A DNA stretch of 64,000 nt from Guillardia theta CCMP2712 (lineage: Eukaryota > Protista > Cryptophyta): assembly GCF_000315625.1 (NCBI RefSeq), contig NW_005434638.1, positions 251,300 through 315,299 of the forward strand, written 5' to 3'. Both the position numbers and the translations under genes were made by a program. Numbering within the stretch: position 1 is the stretch's first letter; every line of letters starts with the position of its first letter. The notes under the pieces are model-generated. The model had not been told where the DNA came from. It worked only from the letters and a program-made list of their open reading frames with translations, and searched no databases. Of the stretch, positions 46,682 to 58,792 are shown one piece after another.

Positions 46682-48742
46682 CGTCACCATCGTCTCATAT
46701 GTGATGCATATATGATCGGATGCAGTCCGCCAAAGTAAGATGAAGTTTTATTACCGTCACAACTTGCCGTCGCTGAGTCGGATTAGGATCAGCGACGAGA
46801 CTTGGACGGTCTCCAAACTGAAATAAGACGGAAAGTATGGAGAGCGACGCGAGTCAGGGAGAAAAAGTTGAGAGCAGCGAGGCCCCCCCCAAGCTGAACT
46901 ACCGTATGTTCCAGAAATCCACATGCTTGAATTCGCCAACTTGACGCGACAAGTAAGTGGTATTGGGGAACTTTCCAGACATGCAAGGTTCTTCACTCAA
47001 CTGATGTTTTTCTGGCATCCATGGAGCGCAACCTGAACAAATATTGGGCCACAGCGACATCAAGTTTGGGGTTGTAAAGCACAAGGCGTTGTGAAAAATT
47101 TCATCTACATGAATTTCATTTACATACAGATGGATGTTTGCTTCTTCAGCTACCTGCCATGGCGATTTATCAACGACTGGGGAACAGAAAAAAAATTCGA
47201 TGGCTGGGATACTATTGAATCAACGTCTTGAAGGAATAACGAGATACGATCTTTGCATGCACTATACACGTTCACTTTTGTGGTATCGGCACCGCAAACG
47301 AAAGATGTGTCATAATCTCATAAGAGTTTGTATGATGTCCATGAGCATGTACGCGTCTTACCGGGAGACCCTTGGAAATATCTGCCAATATATCCCTGTC
47401 TATAAGTACCGAACGTGATAAATATCCGCATCAACGGTACCGACGTGAATCCACCTTCCCCGGTTGTCGTACCGCTGCCACAGAAGTTCGACCATTGCTG
47501 GGTACCGTACATATCTATGGCATCCTGGCCGTCGCTCATCTCGATTCAGGCTCACCCCGACCTCTTGTCTGCTTGTTGGTTCATACCAGGGGTTCATACC
47601 CCTACTGCTACTACCCGCGCTGTTCCACACTATTCGATCTATATTCGATTTTCAAGCTGTTCATTGCCTGCAATGTCAAGGTCATGCAACTTTGTCTATG
47701 GAGTGTGAATGTTTTTGGACAAACATTAGAAGGATTTTCTGGGTCTTCTTCCTCAGAACTCTCTTCAGTAATTTCAGAACCGGATACCCCTGATTGTCTG
47801 AATTGAGATGGATGGGCCCTTTCCGGCTGAGGGTTCTTTCCTCTTCCTTTCTTCGAGGCTCGACAAGCAGTCTCAGAGATAGAAGTCTCTAGCGCTGGCT
47901 TTGGAAGTCATCGACAGGATCCGTGTCAGTCAAAGATATATCAAAGGACGTATCTTTCTGTTACGTTTGAAGGCTTCGTGGTTGCAATTGATACTCATTT
48001 GGAAGTACAGTAGCACTGCGCATGTGAAAGGTAAGAATCATGAGCTGGGAGATGGGGGCTTGCGAGGCGTTGCTTTTTGCAAGTCGAAAAAAGAGAATAC
48101 GTAATGTACAAAACATTGAGCGCGCTGCAACGATGACATGCAAATGATTGATATCGTGATATAGGTCTCACGAATCCTTCATAGGCTATGGTAGTTGCAC
48201 GATTGTCATCATTGCACAGGCTGAATTTAATTGGTCGCCGCCTTGCCATTGCGATTTATCCGAGTTTGACAAGCCTGGAGTGGGGTCTCGCCGTGTGCCG
48301 AATCAAAGGGTGGGTAGTGGACGGGGTAGTCACTGAGTGAACTAGGGTGGGGTAGTGGACTGGTCCCGCGGGTGTGTGGTGTTTCCGAGGGTGGGGTAGT
48401 GCACTAGAGACCACCCTAACCTTTACTATCCCACCCTCGCCTTCACCGGACGGCGGATCTCTATTCTGAAGCCGAGGGTGGGGTAGCGCACTAGTCCGAA
48501 ACAGCCGAGGGTGGGGTAGTGGACTAGTTCCTAGCTCAACTCATCCACTTGAAGCGTCTCAGACAGCAGACGCGAGCGCGTCGTAGGTCAAGATGTGCCA
48601 GATCTCCATCACAGTCCTGATCCCCATGAGCGTTGTCAGCATGGCTCTTGGCTTGGCTCTCCTGATTGCTGGGATCGTGGCGGGAGCTCTCAAGGTGCCT
48701 GACAACTGCAAGCAAATCGAATCTACGTACAACACTGGATAC
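46682..48742 (+). repeat. Left arm of large inverted duplication
   Basis: Reverse complement of 51382-53114. The inner part 48090-48742 is near-identical; the outer part has indels. Confidence 0.95.
48300..48530 (+). promoter_or_regulatory. Array of (CCGA)GGGTGGGGTAGTGGACTAG-like motifs upstream of four-TM gene A (mirrored at about 51595-51820)
   Basis: About five direct copies plus one inverted partial copy within 300 bp of the ATG. Confidence 0.55.
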
Positions 48743-49923
48743 AAGCATGGAATGAAAACGGGATACAACACAGGATTCGCTGAGGAATTCTCTTCAGAGT
48801 TCAACTCAGGATACAACTACGGATACAACTCAGGATACAACACAGGGTTTAAAAAGGAGAGGTATTACCTAACAGCAGGTAGCTATGGTTCATCTAGCAC
48901 CCAATCGTCGACATCTTGGTATTCAAGTAAAGGTAGATACAACTCAGGATACACGGGAATCAACTCGCCTTGGTACAACTCGGGGTATAGACATGGACAC
49001 GACGATGGATACAATTCTGGTTCACATGTGGGACATGAATCTGGATATAACATGGGATACAACATGGGTTACAACTCAGGTTATCGCACTGGTAATAGTT
49101 CCATCAACCAGGAATTAAACTACATGCAAGGCTTTTACGCAGGGGCGTACGACAGCAAGAATGCTTTGTCAGGAAATAATCCAACATACAAGGCAGAATA
49201 CGATGCTGAATACAACTCCTCGTATCAAATTGGAGACAAACAAGCAATCACAGCAATCAAAATGGTTAGGGACTATGACTTCACTGACTGTTTTCATTAC
49301 AGAAATGTGGCCATTGATGGTACCATCACTCTAACATTGCTGGGATGCGTTCCTGGGTTTACATGCCTTGTCTCTGGAGCATTCGGCTTCATGGCCGGCA
49401 AATACAAGAACAAGATCGTGGGAGATGTGTCTTTTACGCTTCTCATCCTCTTCCTACTCAGCTCTGTTGCGACAGTACCGCTTCTTTTCATCTTAGCTTA
49501 CTTTCATGCTTACAGCTACTGCGGTATACGTTTTCTCGTGTCTTGCTTCTTTGCTTCTATGTTGGCATCATCTGACTTGATCTTACACATACAGACGCAT
49601 ATCCAGGGAGTTACTGTGAAGGTACTTCCTTCTGCAAGACATACAGCAGAACGCTCTGGATCATCGTGTCGCTGAATATCGTCCTGTTTTTGTTCGAGCT
49701 TGGCATTTCGATCATCTGGTGCTGCATTTGCTGCTACCCTGATCAGGACAGAAGCAGCTCGACGGCAGTCACAGCAGCACGAGAGGAATTGCCCATGGCC
49801 AACGTGGCATCGGACGTGGTCCATCAACAACCAGCAAACGCACACCAGGGGAGACCGCGAGCAGCAGGCGCGGCTAATAGCAAGACCGGAGCAGCACCGC
49901 AAGGAGCGGCAGCACGCAAGTAG
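48593..49923 (+). CDS. Four-TM MS4A/CD20-like protein A with GYNxGY-repeat loop (2 exons)
   Basis: TM1, Cys, GYNSGY repeats, Cys, TM2 (LVSGAFGFMAG), TM3, intron after YC, TM4 (LWIIVSLNIVLFLFELGISIIWCCICC), polar tail. Confidence 0.8.
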
Positions 49924-50266
49924 TGTACTAAGTGTTGTGAAAAGTAAAGCATTGAAAGGATGCGAAGCGAAGAGCATAGAGAGGGAAGCGGGGAGGGAAG
50001 GGCAGAGTAAAGGGATGGCTGGAAGAGATGTAATAGAAATATCCTACGGGGAAAACCAAACGTGAAATGCATACAGCAGAATTGCGTGTCAAGCGCTGGG
50101 CAGCGGCCGTGGAAATTTTTAAAACTTCGGATAGAAATCGATGAAAGAATACACGGATGTCTTACTCCGTGGCTTTGCTTGTGCAAATGTGCTTTAAGAG
50201 GATCTGATAGTCAAACCAGCAAATTTTCTTTATGTTTCTGTGTTACGTTCTTCCTCTTCTGAAACA

Positions 50267-51531
50267 CTACATCCGTAGTACGTGCCCTTCAGCTGCTCGT
50301 TGCAGTCGTGCTGCTTCGGTCTTGCCATGGGTCGGCCCCGCTACTCGCGTTCTCTCCTGGTGTGCGTTTGCTGGTTGTTGATGAACCACGTCCGATGTCA
50401 TGCTGGCGATAGGCAGCAGGTCAACTGCAGTATTGTCTTGACCCCACTCGTTAGGCCGACAGCACAGAACGCATGTGATGATTGAAAGCGCAAATTCATA
50501 GAAGAACAGACAACCATTCAGTATCTCGATCGTCCAGAACACCCGGATGAAGGCATCACAGAAAGTGCTACCGTTGAAGGCTGTATATCCTGTGAAACAA
50601 GGCTGGTCAGAAGCAGATGAGTTCGGAGACTGTGGTTAGGAGAGCGCATGGAAATCTCACCGCAGAAGTAAAGACCAGCCAAGGATATGAAAGGGAGTAG
50701 TAGCAATGCTAGCAACGAGCAGATGAGGGCGACAATAAGAAGTGCGAGATAAAACCCTCCCACTATCTTGCTTCTGTAGATGCCAGCTGCGATTCCTAAA
50801 GCTCCTGAAACTATGTAGAAGAAAGCAGGGACACATCCAAGGAGAGATGCACTCAAAACAGAACCCCTAGCGGAAGATGATGCAGCATTGCAGTCGCTGA
50901 AGGGATAGTAGTCTTCTTGTCTAGCTGTGAGTGGTGAATATTCTACACTTTGGTATCTTGCTTTGTACTCCAAGCTGTATTCTGATTTGTATGCAGTACT
51001 ACGGTACGACCCCGAGGAGTACCCCGTGTTAAAATTGACTCCGTTTTGAAACGAGTCGTGCCCTTGATTGTATCCCGTATTGTATCCCGTGTTGTATCCC
51101 GCATTGAATCCTGAGTAGCCTGCATTATATCCCGAGTTGTAGCCTGACTGGTATGCTCTGTAGTAATTCGATGAAGAGTATCCCGTGTATTCTGAAGGGT
51201 ACGTGTTTGCATAAGAAGCCGATGGGGCTAAATTATAGTAAGTCCCTGCATCAAACCCTGCGTTATATCCGTAGTATCCGTAGTTGTATCCTGAGTTGTA
51301 TCCGTAGTTGTATCCTGAGTTGAAACCAAGATTGAAACCAACATTGTACCCATTATCATATCCCGAGTTGTAGACATCATAGTATCCAGTGTTGTACGTA
51401 GATTCGATTTGCTTGCAGTCGTCAGGCACCTTGAGAGCTCCCGCCACGATCCCAGCAATCAGGAGAGCCAAGCCAAGAGCCATGCTGACAACGCTCATGG
51501 GGATCAGGACTGTGATGGAGATCTGGCACAT
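50267..51531 (-). CDS. Four-TM MS4A/CD20-like protein B with GYNxGY-repeat loop (2 exons)
   Basis: Same first 50 aa as gene A except one D/N change, same intron position, TM2 IVSGALGIAAG, TM4 FWTIEILNGCLFFYEFALSIITCVLCC. Confidence 0.8.
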
Positions 51532-53114
51532 CTTGACCTACGACGCGCTCGCGTCTGCTGTCTGAGACGCTTCAAGTGGATGAGTTGAGCTAGGAACTAG
51601 TCCACTACCCCACCCTCAGCTGTTTCGGACTAGTGCGCTACCCCACCCTCGGCTTCAGAATAGAGATCCGCCGTCCGGTGAAGGCGAGGGTGGGATAGTA
51701 AAGGTTAGGGTGGTCTCTAGTGCACTACCCCACCCTCGGAAACACCACACACCCGCGGGACCAGTCCACTACCCCACCCTAGTTCACTCAGTGACTACCC
51801 CGTCCACTACCCACCCTTTGATTCGGCACACGGCGAGACCCCACTCCAGGCTTGTCAAACTCGGATAAATCGCAATGGCAAGGCGGCGACCAATTAAATT
51901 CAGCCTGTGCAATGATGACAATCGTGCAACTACCATAGCCTATGAAGGATTCGTGAGACCTATATCACGATATCAATCATTTGCATGTCATCGTTGCAGC
52001 GCGCTCAATGTTTTGTACATTACGTATTCTCTTTAATCAGGGGCATATTACTGGTAAACCTCCATCACATTCTTCTGATTCATCATACAATCGTTGAATG
52101 TTGAGGACCTTCTTGTTCAGATGGCCGATCAAGGACCATAACACTAATGGTGTAGAGAGTTCGTGAATTGAAGACATAGCCCCCATCTCCCAGCTCATGA
52201 TTCTTACCTTTCACATATACTGGCAGATATTTCAAAGGGTCTCCCGGTAAGACGCGTACATGCTCATGGACATCATACAAACTCTTACGAGATTATGACA
52301 CATCTTCCGTTTGCGGTGCCAATACCACAAAAGTGAACGTGTATAGTGCATGCAAAGATCGTATCTCGTTATTCCTTCAAGACGGTTGATTCCATATCCG
52401 AGCCGCCATCGAATTTTTTTTCTGTTCCCCAGTCGTTGATAAATCGCCATGGCAGGTAGCTGAAGAAGCAAACATCCATCTGTATGTAAATGAAATTCAC
52501 GTAGATGAAATTTTTCACAACGCCTTGTGCTTTACAACCCCAAACTTGATGTCGCTGTGGCCCAATATTTGTTCAGGTTGCGCTCCATGGATGCCAGGAA
52601 AACATCAGTTGAGTGAAGAACCTTGCATGTCTGGAATGCTCAGGGAAGGCCCTGGGGTTATCATCGTACATAGGATATCTTCACTTCATCTTCATCCTGT
52701 GCTTGCTTCCGAATATCCCGGAGTCCTGCCGCGGTTCCCCGGCAATGCCATTTACTTGTCGCGTTGGCGAATTCAAGCATGTGGATTTCTGGAGCATACA
52801 GCTTGGGGGGGGGCGGGGAGGGGGTGATGCTCGGGGGGCGAATCATCTCCTCCTTCTCTCGCATCCTTCCTATCGCGTGCTTGCGAGCAATGTCGAATCG
52901 CTGCCGCCCTCAACTTCAGTTTTCTCCCTCGCGTCGCTCTCCACACTTTCCGTCTTATTCAGAGCATGTCCAAGTCTCGTCGCTGATCCTAATCACCCAA
53001 AGCCGGACCGTCCCCGGACGACTCAGTGACTTGTGACGGTAATCAAGTTTCATCTTACTTTGGCGGACTGCATCCGATCATATACAGTGCATCACATATG
53101 AGACGATGGTGACG
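51382..53114 (-). repeat. Right arm of large inverted duplication
   Basis: Reverse complement of 46682-48742. Confidence 0.95.
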
Positions 53115-53716
53115 GTCAATCCATTTTTGGCCGAAACAGTTCTGCACAAGCATGTTCTGAAAACATTTCAGACTTGTGGTACAAGGCTGGAAGCACTGAA
53201 TCAGGCACCGCACCTTGCCCAGGCTGGGCCAACTTGGCAAGTCACGTTGAGAGCCCGGCGCGACTCCACTGATGAAACTTAACTTTGAGTAAAGATGAGA
53301 CCGTGAAATTACCGTGCCTGAACTTCGGAACTTCTCAACGTCTCCAAGAACTTATGTGAGTTCTTACAGTACGGTCTTAGGAGATGTCAGTGTGTTACAC
53401 GGCGTCGGGCCGTGGGCCCTGCGGCCGCCGCGCCGGGGTTGCCGGGCCCGGGCCGAGACGAGGCAGGCTCAGGCAACTGAGAGTCACCGGCCGGGCAGGG
53501 GGGTAGGGGTAGGAGGGTTGGATGGCTCAACAAGCGAAGGGGCAGTGGGTCAGGTATCACTGATTACCGGGAGAACCAATTCAATTTCAATACTTTCATC
53601 TTGATTTAAGTTGATTTTGTATATTTGAAATTTTAGTATGACACGAAAACTATAACTATCAAATATGTTGGAAAGAGCCTTGCGCCGGAAATTCGATAAG
53701 GTGTGGAGTGAATGCC

Positions 53717-56700
53717 ATGCGCATAGCGGCGTTGCTCTGCCTCCTCGCGCTGGCAGGAGCGAAGGAAGGTGAGTGATAGGTCATGATTGAACTCGCGTGA
53801 GATGCTCTCCCATCATCCCTCTTGCTCTCTCACATGCATCACAACGCGCTCTACAATGCCAGCTTGTCATCATCAGTCTGACTGTACTCACGCAGGTTTT
53901 CAATCATGGGGTGGAACTTTTCGGTTTAGCAAGATAGCATGGAGGAGAGTGGTAGACAATACAGTCACATTCAATCTAGAGGTTGCTTTCACAAGAAAGG
54001 TGGACACTGGTTACTTTAAAGGCTCCTCGCTGGACGGCTATGCGAGGGTTGGAGACAGCATTACCATCACGGGTCAAGCAACGCCTGAGTTCAACTTCGG
54101 CGATGAGACTCTTCGGCGGGATCTTGTCATCAAGGTCACTGCGATCTCGGAGCAGGAGGACTGGGTCATGGGCGAGCTTGACATAACACATACATACGCT
54201 ACTCCAAACGACAACGGGAACCCCTGGTATGCCAGTTTCACAGGTTGCTGCAGATATTTCCGGCTATCAAACAACGCCGATGCACCGTGGGAGTTGATCA
54301 CCACTGTCGACTTGACTGTAGCCAAGGAATCTCCACGTGTGAACATGCTCCCAGTTGTTACGTTGGCCTCTCAGTCTGTCGATCCTACCAAGACGCAGCC
54401 TTACTTTCAAATACCTGCGATCTCCCCAGATGGCAGCGACCTCTCCCTCAAGATCATCGATGGCAATGATAACGGCAATGCGATCAAGTTCGATCAGAGT
54501 GCCGTCGTGTCCCTACCCCTCAACCCTTTCCTGACTCAAGATGCCATGGACTGTTGCGATGGGAAGGCCTCCAGTTGCCCTGTAAGTTCTCTCAGCGCAA
54601 ACGTGTTTGCATTCACTGTCATATTCAGAAATACATCAAGAACAACTTTGGCGCATCCCCAGGCTGTCTGGGAAGATTGTTAAGAACCGACAACGTGTTA
54701 CCAGCCTTGACTGTGAGTTCGAAGCCACCTGTTGTGTCAATGTTCTTACGACAACGGTGTCAGGTTGAAGGATGGTTTTACTTCACCAGCGTCGGAGGGG
54801 GGGTCCTGTTCACAGCAAACGACACGAGCTGTCGGCAGAATTGCGAGGGATCTCTATTGTGAGCTACCTGATGTTTGCGACATACTTCCCTTACAGTTGT
54901 GTTGATGTCAATTTCGGCTTACGAATTTGTGCTAGAACTATCGCGGTGGACCCTTACTCCGTTATTGTTGGACACAATGTTTGGGATGCAACAAAGAATG
55001 CTCTGCAGTTCCAAAACGTGACCTTTCGGTTCGCTAGCAACCCCAATGTCGGGACGGTTTGTGATGTTGTTGTACAATCCATTTGTCTTACACAGGAAAT
55101 TGCAGAATAGCATGCAGAATATGTTCGTGCATATTGCAGTTGTGCGCAAAACCATTGTAAATTGCTCTTCGGAAAACTGTGGAGACTGGTACTCTACGTA
55201 CAAGGTTTACATCAACGGGTAAGACCTCAATTCCGAAAAGAAAACCAGCTGAAAGCTTTGCACAGACATCTTCTTGGCATCCGCGATTATCCGCGTTGCA
55301 TATCGGGACAATCTTGCTCGATTGGGTTGCGAAATCGCAACTGCCAAACAACTCCGGCAACATGCTCAGCCGAGTTAACGATTGGAGAGTCGAACCCAGT
55401 GAGTTGCTAGACTCATCTCGTGCCAGGACTGAGTCATTGCTAGATTGTTGGACCACGACGTGCGAGCGCCTTGACTGGCCCAGGAGCTTCGTGCAAGACT
55501 CTCTCAGGCTCATCCATGTATTGTGCAGACAGCATGGGAAGAAATTCTAGCATCATCTTCGGCAGTGCAAGCACAATAGGGGCGTATGGACCCTTCGAAG
55601 GGTAATGGACGTTTGCGCTGAACACGACCTTACGATTCTCGCAGGTATCTGGACGAGTGGCGCATATGGAATGGTGAACGTTCTCAATCCGACATCAAAG
55701 CTTGGTATCAGATCAAGCTAGACCCAAGGACTTCGGACTTCAATGGGGATCCAACGGTCATTCTGGACATGTCGATGCAACCTATGCAAATCAACAAGAA
55801 CAATTTCGACAAGATGTCGTTGTTGTTGGCTTCCTACAGCTTTGACGCCAGGCTCGCTACCTCCTCTACGGGAGTCACATGTCGCATTCCTGGTTGTAGG
55901 TTCTTGAGCTTCAAATCCACATTCCCCGACATCGGCAAGATGGATCAGAGCTGGATTGCAGCGTGGACAGCTCCAGTGAGCCCTCAGACAGGAAACGTCG
56001 TGATGGCTGATATTGACAACACGGGCTACGTGAAGCAAGGGTCGGTCGCGGTATTGGATCCGCAAGGAGGATGCATGTGTGGATGTCCCTTCTTCGTGGG
56101 GAGCCGGTGCGCCATTGGCTCCAGCTACAGCATCCTCCCTGGACTATACCAGGTCTCGATCCAGGTCTCCAGCTCACTAGTCAATGGTCCTAGCACTCCT
56201 GTCGACTTCATGCTGAATGTTCTTGCTTCCACCTACGACTCGGGGCACATGCGGCTGCTCAACAAGGATACATTCTGGGTAAACCAGTACATCCCGGACA
56301 GCGACATTGTGGGAAGCTTCAGGACACTTCAGTTAGGAGGAGTAGTCGAGATGGTCAGCCCCTCGCTCGTTGACGCTCGCTCGTTGCAGTCCTTCTTGTA
56401 CCCGCAGATTGTGCAGACTTATGCGAACTTCGAAATCAAATTAACCTTTGTTGGATCTGATGTGCAAAAAGACATCAACGGAAACATCGACACGAAGAAC
56501 ACGCGGGTGAGTCTTCTACTCGTTGTCTTCGCTGCTGCTTGTGTCTCACAGGTTGTCTCAGGTCTCCTTCACGCTCTCTCACGCACCTCCCGAAGCTCAA
56601 TTCTCTGTCGTGACGGGAATGAACCCCGCACATATGGTAATGACGTGGACCCCTTGCGAGAGCGAGTATGGACTGAACATCTTCTGCTTCAACGCTGTCG

Positions 56701-57593
56701 ATCAACACATGATCGGGACGGTCTGCAGCGGTGGAGCCCACGAGTATTGCAACAGCGACCTCACCGCCAACTGCACCTCGGGAACTTGCAGCACGTACAA
56801 CCAGTATGACACGTCAGCATCGTCCAGAATGAAGTGCGCGCGAGTCAACGTGGTTCAAGATCCGGCACCCTACTTTGTGAGCATGGTCCCGTCATACAAG
56901 GAGTTCATCGCCGGCAAGGAAGACGGCCTCATCGTCTCAGGACAAGATGACAACTGCTTGGACTCTGTGAGGATAGAGATCGAACCCTCCACCCCTCTCC
57001 CACCCGGTGCCATGTTCGGCCCCCAAGAGAGAGTCTCGCTAGGAGTGGGCAAGGACTGTAACGGAGTGCAGCGAGTGTTCAAGTGGAAGCCGGACGTGAA
57101 GACAGGAGGCTACAACCGAACGACCTGCTTCCGCATCGTAGACACTGGGGGCGACTCTTTGTGCAGGCCGCAGGCACCTCAGAGCGCTGTCACCTGCATC
57201 CTCATTCATGTTTTGCGGTGCAAATACGCCCTCCAGCAGAACCAGCGGCTCCTCGACATCGCGAGCTCCTTCGGCATCAGCTGGATGCAGCTGTGGAGTG
57301 CTAACTTGGACCTCCACCATCCCGACTACATCCTCTACCGATCGCAGGTGCTGCAGCTGGGGCACCTCTACCACGTCAAGGGGACGGAGACCAAGGATGG
57401 GCTGGTGGCGCGATTCGGCATGAACCTGCAGCTGCTCCATGAGCTCAACTACGATCTCATGTCGTCCAGCAGCCTCAGCGCTGGCTCCCTGGTTTGCGTC
57501 ATTCCCAACTCCTGCACCGGGATGGCGTCGACTGTGTACCAGGGAAGCACACAGAATGGGAACTCCCTCTCCTTCCCATCTTCGTGGGTCTGA
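53717..57593 (+). CDS. Large secreted Cys-rich protein with two C-terminal LysM domains (possible LamG-like middle), multi-exon
   Basis: Signal peptide MRIAALLCLLALAGAKE; FTGCCR motif; KYALQQNQRLLDIASSFGISWMQLWSAN...QVLQL and LYHVKGTETKDGLVARFGMNLQLLHELN...GSLVCVIP (LysM pattern). Confidence 0.8.
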
Positions 57594-57852
57594 CGCTTGT
57601 ACCCCTCTCCTCCTCTCTCCCTCTCGCGGACCGGCGCATCTCGAGATTCTTTTACTGTAAACCTTAGACCTTGTAAGTATTCAGAGCGATCATACCATAA
57701 TGAGGTTTCTACTTCCCATAAACTTGTACAAGTAGGCGCTGACTGCCCTTCTCCCTCGTCTGCTCTACCGCCACTCCATTCCACCCGCCTTCACTTACTC
57801 TCCTCTTCGTCACCTTCTTGACGTTTGCTTGCCAGTCTTGTGCGAGAGTCTC

Positions 57853-58792
57853 TCAGGCACTTGCCCAAGTCGGCTTCATCTCTCTTACATGTCGGAGGAG
57901 TGTGACCTGTCGTAAACTCAGGGGAGGAGGTAGGAGGAGGAGGAGGAGCTGCTGCTGCTGGCGGTGGTGGAGGAGGACGATGACGAAGAGGTGGTGGTGG
58001 TGGTAGAGCTGGAGGAGGAAGGGAGAGTTTGACCTCGAAGGGCGTCTGATCCTCCCGCTGAAAGGTGAGCGACACAGTCGTGTAGGGTTGGCCAGCGAGG
58101 AGCTGAAGAGAATTAGAAAGGGCAGCGGAAGGAAACGAAATGAAGCAGGAATGAGAGGCAAAGGAAGGTGCGGGCTGGGGCTGGGGAGCAAGAAGGAGGA
58201 AGGCGAGGGTTTCTCACTCTCTTGACCCGCTGGATGGGTAGATCCTGAACGTCGAGTTGGTTGATGGACAGTAGTCTGTGGAGGAGAGCAGCTCAGGTTC
58301 TACTCTCTCCTCCCCGCTCCTCCTCCTCACCTGTCGCCCAGCTTCACCTCCTGGTTGGCATAGCCCTGACTGCAGTCAGCGAGCTCCTCGCAAGAGAAAT
58401 GTTCACCTCCTCCGTGTTTCGCTTCCCCAGGTGGTCCATGAGGACATTGATCTCCTCGACCACGTAGGGCTTCTCGCTGCTGTCTTGCTCAGCGACCCTC
58501 CTCGTCCTCCACTGCTGCTCACCTGCTGATGTACAACCCCAAGACTGGCCGCCGCAGCTTCTCTGAGTCATACCACAGCGGATTCATAAGGTTCCAACTA
58601 GTGAAAGACTGTCAGGGTGGGGACGCGATCGGCCGTACAAGAGCCACCTCGAGATGTTGTACTTCTCCCAGTCTTCCGCCACTTGCCCTCCAAGAATGAT
58701 GCCTCCAGCAGCGCATACCTGCCACTTGACATCACTCATGACAGATGGAACTGCAGTCGTACCCCGATGCATGGCCACACTATCACCTCCAT
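57853..58792 (-). CDS. Small PDZ-domain protein, multi-exon
   Basis: Spliced segments VLGLYISR, PYVVEEI, LLSINQLDVQDLPIQR, LLAGQPYTTVSLTFQR...VTLLR. Confidence 0.65.

Noticed and set aside
45840-48090. Short ORFs upstream of Canopy and within the outer palindrome arm
   Set aside because: Stop-ridden in all frames examined, and not conserved as ORFs between the two arms.
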